Below are positions 1-10,900 of a stretch of DNA of 32,846 nt, piece after piece. The stretch spans positions 62,001-94,846 of the forward strand of contig JYFJ02001033.1 of NCBI GenBank assembly GCA_000934665.2, written 5' to 3'. The notes under the pieces are model-generated. The model saw only the letters and a list, made by a program, of their open reading frames with translations. It made no database searches and was not told the DNA's origin. Positions within the stretch are counted from its first letter, which is position 1; every line of letters begins with the position of its first letter. A program made the position numbers and the translations under genes. This DNA comes from Catajapyx aquilonaris. Taxonomy: Eukaryota.

Positions 1-44
1 GGAAATGTTGTTGACCCATATAATTCCATTCACAGGTGGGGATA

Positions 45-3000
45 ATGGCCTTGCCGTTCAAGTACTTCAGGACAGCCCGCCTGGCTCTTATCTTCCTCTG
101 CTTGGGCCTGCTCGTCCTCGCCTGGAACGTTCACGAGCTATGGTCTCTGCACAGCCAGGAGTTGAATTATCCGTGCCACTTGCATCCAGCTCAGGGCACG
201 GAGGGCACGGAGAAGAAACTCACGTATGCTGTGCATGGGAAGAATGTCAGTATTATGTCCATTGTGTGTGGGTTGACAATAAGTGTTGAATATGTTGCTT
301 TCCTGGATCAGACTAGGCAAGGGTTAGGTTGTGGAATTTGTGCTACACTGGTTCTCCATGATTAATGGAGTCAAACTGCCTATTCTCTCCAGGATTACAT
401 GCCCTCAAAAATACGTTATCTTCTTTGGATAGCATGACATTAGTAGGGAGTAGATAGAGGTTTAAAGTGTATGAAATTGTATTTATCCATAAATTGTGGC
501 TAGCCAGTGAAAACAGGTGACCATTGCTATAGTAAGACTTGCTGTTGTTGATGCATTTGGCCCAGAGAAATGGGCTGTCACAGAAATGGTGAATTCCAAT
601 ATTGCAGAAACTTATTATGCGTACGGTACTTTAAAAAAATTATTTTTGTACATACCACAGATTTTTATGCTACTAACATTCTATTACCTTTCCAGGTTGA
701 CTCTGGTTACTTGAAGCATGTGCACTTAGTCATAGGCAATTTGGGCTTTGAACGTCAGCCACTGGAAACTCCTGGGTGGGATCTTCTCTGGTCCCATGAT
801 TATCCATTCAAGACCCTGAAAAGTAAAATGCTCAACCTAGAGCCTCATCAGAAGGTGAACCATTTTCCTGGATCAGGTTACATCACCAACAAGAGGACTC
901 TGGCACTTTCTAATCACTCATTCGTCCCAAAATCCTTCAGAATTCCGGAAGACAAGATTGCATACTTGGATTATGTAAGCATGTTATTTTGTCTTTGAAT
1001 CTGCTTTGTCACTTAAATTATTGAGAGAGTTTCAATTGGGCTTTGTGAGTACTATATCACTCAAAAAGATGAGACAATTTTGCATTAATTATTATTTACC
1101 AATTATTCTGTGAAATGTGTCTGCTGCACATATATTGCAAATTGAACTTTTTATAAGGGCCATTGGTGATTTTACCTAATGATGCACTAAGCAAGTTTTA
1201 TTAATTGTGTCATTGCAGGTTAAAAAGGATCCAAATGCTACTTTTGTCCAAAAAAATGGGAGCCACCGAGGTGTCCAGTTTCTTTTTCCTGGCCAACCCC
1301 TCCCAGACACACAGGAAGTATATTTTGTGCAGGAGTATGTGAATAACCCCTATCTAATAGATGGGCACAAGTTTGACATTGGGGTGTATGTCATTGTGAC
1401 TTCAATCCAGCCCCTAAGGGTGTATGCATACTATGGCGATATATTGCTCAGGTAAATTTTTCCATTTTATGAAGTGAAATGCCTTTGTAAAAGGATTTTT
1501 TGTTCTGCAATAGGTTTTGTCCTCACAAGTATCATCCATTTGACCCAGCAGACAAGGACAAATATGTTGTAGGTGATGACTACCTACCTCCCTGGCAGGT
1601 GCCATCCATCAAGAGGTACATGGATAGTGGATACAATGCGAAAAGTGCCATTACTGGGTACCTCTGGCATGAAGGTAATGGTAATTTGGGTACGAGTACT
1701 GTACATCCAAATGAACAACTGGGTTCCTTCTCAACACATTGAACTGCATTGCAAAAAATGCGTTAATTAATAATTATTGTGGTTCTAACATTGGTGGCAT
1801 TTCTCCATAAATGAAATTGGTAAAAGTGAAAGCCTTTTATTTGTGTACGAGTAGCGGACCCTTTGCCAAATTTTGGCAACACTGCTTGGCCCACCTCCCA
1901 CCTTGGGAGTTGTACGATAGGCCCCTACCAGTTGGCACATAGACTGTCGCCTCTGCACACTGCTGCCATGCTTATAGGGAAAGTAGTACTACCTGCATGT
2001 TGGTGATGAGTCATCACATGGATAAAGCCCACCACCTGGGTGCTATACACAGCTCGTGCCTCGCCTCCATTGAAGGGAGTCCTACCCGTCTCTGACCACC
2101 AAATGTTTTCTAATTGTTAAATGCCGAAAGTGATTAACCATCGTAGGCGATGAGTGTTGATGGACATATAAGCACACAGGGATATGGGAGATGGGGAGAA
2201 GTGAGCGGGGGGAGGGAGAGAAAAAAAAATATTCCCTCACATTATATCCTGTACAAGGGACAGGTTGCTGTTTTATGTCACATAATGGCAATCTTTTGAA
2301 CTCTACTTGCAGGTCTAAACCCAGACAAGATGTTTGAGGATATGCATCGATCTATCCGAGACGTTTTCTTGTCAAAAGAGGCTGCACTAATTGAAGCTGG
2401 CCTGTCGTATCCATCACTCCGAAACTTTTTTGAGTTGATGCGTTTTGACTTCGTGGTGGACCATGAGCTCCGATCATACCTGATGGAAGCCAACATGTCC
2501 CCGAACCTGAGCTCTGCCCACTTTTCTCGTAACAAACAGCTATATGAGAGTGTTCTCTTCAACGCTCTCTCCCTAGTTGGTCTGGCAAATCACATGAAGC
2601 CCTCTCCTGGAAATTGGGGAGAACCCCGGGTGTCCAGTTCGAACCTTGCTGTGTTTTCCAGTAGATGTGTGGAAGGGTGTCCCAGGTGTGGCAGCTCCCC
2701 AGAGTGCAACTTGTGTCAGGAATGCTTGGGGAAGGAACAGGAAGCCGCACTCAGCGAAGCATATAGAGAGCACATGGAGAAGAGGCAATGCCACAGGCTT
2801 TTCCCTCCACCTGTGGTAAGTTATACTTTTTTGTTGCAAGTATAGCATGTGTATGCCTTGTGCTTGACTTTTGACTGTCTTTGCCAGAAAAGTGCCAATA
2901 TTTATGTGAATAGTAAATTTTTTATTTAAAAAAAGTGGACTGCTAAAGGTAGAGAGATTTGTACATCAGGTGGCTCCTCATGACTCATCTTCCCCACTGG

Positions 3001-3163
3001 TCTTTGCCCAGAGAGATTGTGGACAACATTTATATTTCTGTTCCAGAGCAAAGAAGATGCTGCTACACACCTCAGCATGAAAGGTCTAAATGTTGAAAAC
3101 AAAGAGCTGTACCTGTGGTACCAAGGGAAGTGCCAGGTCGATGAAAGCTGGTGTGGACCATGA
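45..3163 (+). CDS. Tubulin-tyrosine-ligase family ATP-grasp protein (TTLL15-like), 6 coding exons, 497 aa, N-terminal hydrophobic signal/anchor
   Basis: Exons 45-245, 696-974, 1219-1451, 1514-1674, 2313-2815, 3047-3163 join in frame at GT-AG sites. TTL motifs: WDLLWSH, KVNHFPGSG, VQEYVNNPYLIDGHKFDIGVY, RFDFVVD..YLMEANMSPNL; Cys-rich tail ending WYQGKCQVDESWCGP*. An acceptor (cacag) ending at 35 implies an upstream non-coding exon outside the window. Confidence 0.9.
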
Positions 3164-3400
3164 CAAAAATGGCATGCCTTTAATGCTCAACATTTGGTGC
3201 ATGCACCATTGATTTTTCAGGTTCTGATGCTGATTTTTTTGCCCATTCAGGTATTATTTTTAAATAGAATTTGTTACTCAGGAGTGCCTGTTTATGGTTG
3301 TGTTTTGAACTACTTAAGATATTTATTCTAGTATGCAGAAATTGTCACATTATAATAGTTGTGACCTTTAGTTTTTTAACTATTTTGATACCAATTTGTT

Positions 3401-3406
3401 ATTAAA
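3401..3406 (+). promoter_or_regulatory. Putative polyadenylation signal (ATTAAA) of the TTL-like gene
   Basis: ATTAAA about 240 bp after the stop codon, followed by GT/T-rich sequence. Confidence 0.4.
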
Positions 3407-4632
3407 GAAGTTCAGTATTTATTGTGGTCGTATTTACTACACTCAAAACAATCACTTCCCACTTTTATAAGGTGGCATGATACCATTTCTTTTCCTGCAT
3501 CCTCAGTAACTATGTGAATGACAGGAGGCTGTCACAGGAGGCTGCTCCTGCACAGCTTTCACAACTCCTACGATATGGTAGGGTACTTAGAGAGTCTCCA
3601 CCAGCCTGGAATGTGGACTGGCATCGCTTACTCTCCCCAGGGAGTTGTCAGGCGCATTCAGGTGGCTGGTGGCTGAATCTGCAGACGGGGGCTGATGGTG
3701 CTGTACTGAGTATTGAGGTTTGGGTTGGTTCAGAAGGCATCCGCCTGCATTCGCCTGGCAACCCGATCACCCCAGTGAGCGATGCCAGCACCAACGGAGA
3801 CTCTTTAAGTACTCTACCATCACCATAAGGCTAGGGTAGAAGTTGCAGGGGGCTGCACCTGCATAGGACTTCTGCATTGTGTGGGTATGCATACATGTAT
3901 TCATACATGGTGGTGCACTGGCTGGGGGGCAGTTACAATTCCTCCCCCCAGGGTGATGTTCATTTTAAAAGTTTCTAGTGCAGTATTTCATTACATACAA
4001 ACAGCTACTGAAAACCAGGAATATTCCAGGCATATTCAAGTGAAAGTTTGTGCACAAGCAGGTCTCAGAGCAGTGCCCCAATCCAAAAAGCTGCAGATGA
4101 ACAACGTTTTCTACAGTGGTTGAGAAATCGTAATGAAATGTGTTACTTTTATTGCTTGCCTTTTGCACTTACACTATACGTACTTCTCAAATGATGAAAA
4201 AAGAGCTTGAGTCATAAATTCTACTCAATCTAAATTCATAACTGGAAATCTTTGCTTTTGCTGGTCTAGTGCAGGAGAAGATACTTTGCCAGCAAAGTTT
4301 GTCATACATACGTAGCACAAAGTATACGAGTACTTCTTTTTTGTATCAACATATTCTACAGGTAAATAATTTAATTGACATTATCAGAAAAATACGCTTC
4401 ATTTTGAAGTGAATGTGACTTTTATACATTCTCTTATTATTTTTCATGGTGTAATTTTCAATATTTAAGACTTGGGGAAATGAGGCAATTAAATTTCAAT
4501 AAGAAGATAATGTGCTATTTTAGTCACTCAGAATTAATTCGGTGTTGGGCTGCTTTGAAAGGATTAGCTTACAGGTATTAGTTACAATGTAGTTAAAAGT
4601 ACATTGTTACACGTTCAAGCTACTAAATGCAA

Positions 4633-4634
<2 letters not shown>

Positions 4635-4662
<28 letters not shown>
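4635..4662. repeat. (AG)n microsatellite upstream of the thioester-protein gene
   Basis: About 14 AG units visible directly. Confidence 0.95.
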
Positions 4663-4665
<3 letters not shown>

Positions 4666-4901
4666 CTCCCAGAAAATGAATGAACATCTCTCTAGCTAAT
4701 CAGTAAGGAGCCAAGCAAATCCCCACAAAGGGCCCCCACTGTCCAAGCAATAAACAAACAGGAGAGTGTGTTGGTGACCTCAGGCTGACCTTCGCCCTTA
4801 AGAGACTTCCCTCCCTCTCCTTCCCACACATCCCCACCTACTTATTCACCCCCACTTCTAATCTGCTGAAAGCTGCCTTGTGATGCTGCAAGTCTCCACT
4901 A

Positions 4902-7900
4902 ATGGGGGTGTGTATGAGAGCAGTTGTGCTGCTGGTGTCTGTCATCCTGGCACCTCTTACGGTGCCAGGTGAATCACCGGCAGATACGAGGACCTTCATG
5001 CTACTGGCACCCAAGAGGATTCAGGCACCAAGCATGACACAAGTCTGCCTATTAGTTATGGGTGAACTTGGAGCAGGAACGGATATCAAGCTGAATTTAT
5101 GGACTGGACTTGATTTGGTTGCATCACTACAAGAGCAACTGATAGGTCAGTGCTTAGGTCTGATAGATTGTAAGGACATTAACCCTATGGGTAATGTAAA
5201 CTGTTTTTTTTTTTTTTTTTTTTTTTTTCATGTGCAGGGGAAACCATGTGTATGGAACTTGAGGTTTCTGGTGTGCCTGAAGGGAGGGAGGTGTGGGAAG
5301 GGGCACTAGAGGTGGAGGTTGGAGGAGAGAAGAAGGCAACGGCAAAGGTGAGGTTGCAGGCCTGCAGGCCTGTGATGTTCCTGCAGACTGATCGCGGCGT
5401 CTACAGAGATGGTGATTGGGTTCAGCTGAGGATCCTGTCAATTGATCAAGAAATGAAGCCCATTCTACACGATGTAGGTACAACTTATCTTGAACACTAT
5501 CAACTTGAACAGTGGAGTTGCAGTATTTTTCAGAATGATTTCCTTATGAGGAAATGTAAATTTCATATAGTTTTGCATTGAAACCGCTCTATAGTTGACA
5601 AGTGAGTTGCTCCGTTCTGGAAAAATTTTCCGCTCTGAATAAGTTTATGTTAAATGAAACTCACTCTGAAAATTCTTGGACGGAACTAAAAACATGATTC
5701 GTAAAGGACAAGATACTGCTGTTTCCAGTGTGTCTGACTGACAGGTTTCACATTCATAATAATTTTATATGATATATGAGTGATATAGTCATGCATATTT
5801 TGCTCCATGCTATTTTGTCTCTTGCATAATTTTCAGAATTGAAAGGAACCTATATAAAATTAGATATACAGGGTGCCACAATGAACCTCCCTAGTTTCAA
5901 AGAGTGGTAAAAAATAGACATGCAGAGGTTATGGCTGTTTAAACTGTCTGGAGACCCAACAAGTTTCACCCTGAATTTTTGGAATGGTTATGTGATGATT
6001 GCAGTGGTGCTCTGTTGGGGATGCTGTTGGAAGATGCAAACATGGCATCTGCCGAGGGAAAAATGCAAGTTGTGTGGTCGTTAGCCGAGCTGAAGTCGAT
6101 CACAGATGAGTGCTGGACATTTCGCCTTTCCACAATCTAAGACAGAATCTACGCAACTAAAGTGGACAGCCAAATAATGATGTGCCCTCCATCACCCCTG
6201 TCTTGCTGGAGAGAACCTCGGGGGGGAAATTATCAGTTGAAAATTATGCTTGGACTAAAGGAGCACACATGGAAGGCTACTGATTTTTTTACATAAACTT
6301 GATAAGTGTCCCTTCTCATTTGTACAATTTCGACACCATGGCCCAGTAACTTGATTAATTGCAGCAAGTTGAAACTAGGGAGGTTCATTGTGGACACCCT
6401 GTACAATATAGAATATACCTTGTGTCTCAAGATTACAGAAATTATGGCTGAGGGAATGAGTGGCTCCACATTAGGATATTATCATGTAAAATAGGTGAAG
6501 ATATGTACTTTCCTGTAACCAAGTTCTAGCATATTCATTTTAATATACTGTATTACCAACATTTAGCTTAATGAATTGCCTTTGTCATTACCGCTGTTAG
6601 ATTGTTACTTGCCTCTTACATCTGCTGAATTATTTCACAGATACCTGAAGTCTGGTTGGAAGATCCTACTGGCCTTCGGGTAGTTCAGTGGCGCTCTGTA
6701 GCACCTGACTCTGGCCTGGCCCAGCTGCAGTTTCGTCTCCCACAAGATTCAGGTGGCTGGTGGCAAGCCTTTGCTCATCCCCCACCATGCAAAAATAGCA
6801 ATTCTTCCACCATACCAGTCACAGCAAAATTCTTGGTGCAGAGTAAGTACCAGCTTCCACGCTTTCAACTTGTCCTGGAAGCACCATCTGCAGTGTCAAT
6901 GGCAGCCCAATCAAGCTTAACATGGAGAGTGTGTGCCAGTTACATGCATGGTATGCCAGTACGTGGACATGTTGAAGCACAGGTGACATCCTCAACACCA
7001 CTGACATCAATGCAGGAAGTTGTTCTGGGCGTTAATGGGTGTGCTTGGATTTGGTCCCTTCTCCCACCACATATGCCAGCTGTTGTGAGGCAGCTGAATC
7101 TCACTGCCACTGTCAGGGATAGTGTCAGTAAGGAAACAGGATGGATTACTGTGCAACTTGCAAGCTATCCCTTGCAGGTGTCAGTTTTACCCAAAGGTAG
7201 GTTTGTGAGGTGACACATTGTAGTAAGAATTAGTGTCATTACCGGAAAAATCTTTGTGTGATATGCAAAATGTGATGGCAACTTTACACACAGGGGAACA
7301 TGTGTTCAGGCCTGGAGTGCCATTAAATGGTGCCTTTAAGGCAATGAATCTGAATGGAAAGGCAGCAGCAAACATAACTCTCCAGATATGCACCAGGACT
7401 CTGCCCGAATCAAATGTTGCCTGCAGGAATGAAACAACAGACGAGGATGGGATAGCTTATTTCAGCATCGTGTCAGCTATGCCTGAGTCAGATGGGATAG
7501 AGACCAGTAGGCTGCATGTGTGGGTGAGTGTTCATATTGCATTGAGATAGCCCTGTATTCCACAGCACAATATTTCTGGTTACAGGCTCTCAGAGAAACA
7601 GATTTTTGTTGTTTCATCTTTCATGGTGGAAAAATGTGGTTTGAAAAACTATCAGAAGCTTGCTTGATTTTGTCTTTTTTGTGGCATTCTCTTTAGACTA
7701 AAAAGTAACGCTGACACTTCAAAATAAGTTTTGCCTATACCCTTGAATTTTTTTGTACCTCTGCTATAGCCACAATTGATTTTTTTACTCTACTATTGTG
7801 CTAAACTGGATATCGGCATTTGGCCTGTCCATTTATGTCATGAAGAATGGGAATGAAGTGAAGGTCAGCCTTTCCCTCAGTTCCATGCATTTACCTCTTC

Positions 7901-10900
7901 TCAAAATGTCTAAACTGATGCATTCATGCATACTGCAAGAAATATGCTGCCAAGGTCTATTGCACTGCTAATAGTTTCAACATAGCTAGAGCTTAGATGG
8001 GCCCCATATTAAATAAAATGTGGGCGACACGGTGGCCGAGTGGTTAGTGCCGCAGCCTTCCACCTCTAAGGTCCTGAGTTCGATCCCCGGGTCGGACGGA
8101 GGATACTTATGTGGATAGAGTTTCGATGGGTTCTCTCCGTGTTCGCGTGGGTTTTCTCGGGGTTCTCCCGTTTCCTCCCACTATCAAAATCCATCACATT
8201 TCAGGCAAATGATTAAAGTCGGGTTTTCAAAAGATGATCCCCTAAGAGGCCCAAGGGGCCTATCACGGGGTATCCATTATTATTAAATAAAATAAATAAT
8301 AATAAAAAAAGCTTTCACGACCTCTCACAAACATTAATGAATGATTCCGGAACCATTGCAGGCCCATGCTGTTGACAATCCACATGACACACTTGATGCT
8401 GCTGATGCGTGGCTGAGTGCCCGTCCTGCCTTCTCCCCTTCTGGAGCCTCCATACAGATTAATATTCCTATGGAACAAAAATACATCCCCTGCAAGGCTA
8501 GGGTACAAGTTTCTATTTATTTGCGGGCTTTCCCAGATTCAAATAATATCCCTGCTGTGACTGCATGGATTTTAGTGGAATCCAAAGGCCACTTGCATGC
8601 TGAAAAGATCAGAATGGACCAAGCTGTACTTGCAGCCATACCCAAAAATACCATAATTTTGGGTGAGGCAAGTGATATGATGCCTCTGTGGCATATTGAG
8701 GTGCCCATAGATCGCCCCAAAGCAACGTCTAGGTTCAGAGTCATGGCTCTAGCCCTAACACAGGATGCCTTGATGTCAGATGTGGCAACCATGGAGGTTC
8801 AATGTGGCGGTGTTGCGACAGTGAAATGGGCTAACAAGGAGAAACTCAGACCTGGAGATGAGGTTAAGTTTCATATAGAGGCAGCCCCTGATTCTCTTTG
8901 TGGTCTCGCAGTGGTTGATTCTGCTGTAAGAGTTTTGAAAAAGATTGTACTTGGCAATGATGGCGAAATTAATTTGTGGAAAGGTCTTGAACGATTCAGT
9001 GTCCAACCAGACGAGGCTCCTAAGCAAAAGAGGAGGTGCCAGCCATTTTTGGCTGAGTTTCCAACCGTACCAACTCTTCCTCCATTCAAAGACAATTCAG
9101 CAGAGAGCAGTGATATAGACCTGAGGCGGCGGCGGCGATCACTATTCTTTCCGAGTTCAGATTATGCTGATATTACGGACTCCTTTGATGTGAGTAACCT
9201 TATACTGATATGTTTTTAAACTGGGTGTCCTTTGTACATTTGATTTTCATGCATACCACAAGAGTTTATAGACAATATTATTGCTTAGAACTTGTGCAAC
9301 AGAGTGATTAGGCAGGTTGAAGCATAGGGCAATCATTCCTGGAGATGTTTGAGTTACTTATGGAAAGATGTATAGTTCTTGCAATTGTGTGCATATGTCA
9401 GGTCCTAACAATATCAGTTGTTAAGGACATGAGAAACCTGCGTAATTGAATGGATTCATATTGAAGCTTTAAAAATATACCTGAACTTATTGAACGAGAG
9501 GAGATTAATTTTGATTTAGGGCTCTTAGTTTCTGTTAAACCCTATTTCACTGACAACATTTCTTTATGATTGAAGGAATTTGGTGTGTCAGTGGCTACTG
9601 ACGCAGCAGTACCAATAGCGCCATGCCGTATTCCACCCAGATTACTGCCCTTGTTTACCTCTGGGGGAAAGAAAGCTGATGCTTTTGACGACCAGCCAAA
9701 AGTGGTACGGACCTTCTTTCCCGACACGTGGCTGTGGGAGCTGATCCCTATTGAGTGAGTGGGTTTTGCCTAATTTGTTTGGTTGATTGTTCAGAGTCAG
9801 ACAATTTAAATTCTTGTTTAATTACCAGTTCATAAAAATAAAGCAAGGAAAGGGTGCACTCATGATTGTACATTATTACTAATGCTTCAGTTTTTTAATT
9901 CTGAAAATGTGATGAATTAAAGAATTTTGCCAAGTAAGATTAGTTTCCTGTAGGACACCAATTTTACTTGGCTTGCTGAGATTTTTGGTGAAGATGGTGC
10001 TTGATGATGGCTACTAGAAAAGCAAATGTTAGAATTAGTCTTGCTGATTTGAGCGACATGAGTCTGAATGTTGCAATTTTCCCAATTTCAATTGGCCACA
10101 GAATTGCTAATTAAGTAATTATCTAAAATAATATATTCTTATCATTATTAGAACATGAGGCACAATTATTTCTACTACTGTAACATGAATATCACTGTAA
10201 GAATTATTTGAAATCTATCTATCTTTTTCTACAGTCAAACTGGAAAGACATCACTAGTACGACAACTACCAGACTCTCTGACACAATGGGAGGCATCTGT
10301 TGTATGTTCTGGATCATCTGGGGTGCTACTGTCACAAAGGTCAACAGCACTTGTGACAAAGCAACTGTTTTTAGATGTCCAACTTCCAAAGAGAGCAGTT
10401 CGAGGCGAGACAGTGCCAGTGCGAGTGGTTGTCTTCAACAAGCAGGATGAAGCTGATATAGTGCAAGTATCACTTGCAACAGATCCTGTTCAAGTGTTGA
10501 ATGAATCAGACATTAGGACAATGCAGATAGGTCCATATGTACCAACTACAATGGTTTTTAAGGTCACACTGACTAATCTTGGAATGACAAGTGTCACTGT
10601 GTCTATCACTGGTGCAACTAAGTCAGACACAGTTGTTAAAACCATTGAAGTGCAACCAGAAGGATTTAGAGTTGAGAGGTCACGGGGAGCTCTACTCTGT
10701 GTGACTGGGTTTAAATCCCCATCACGTGTAACTGTCACAGCAACAATTCCACCAAATGCAGTTCCAGATTCCTTGGTTGCAGAGTTGTGGACTTCAGGTG
10801 ATGTGATGGCTGCTACCTTACGTAACCCAGAGGAGTTGGTCAGTCTTCCATTAGGTTGTGGCGAGCAAAACATGTTACGTCTGGCACCAAATGTAATGAT

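Noticed and set aside
1861..1885. Isolated TIR-like motif TTGGCAACACTG in TTL-like intron 4
   Set aside because: No matching opposite terminus or TSD found.
3514..4168. ORFs between the TTL-like and TEP genes
   Set aside because: No recognisable motifs or consistent splice structure; non-ATG starts; probably intergenic or decayed repeat.
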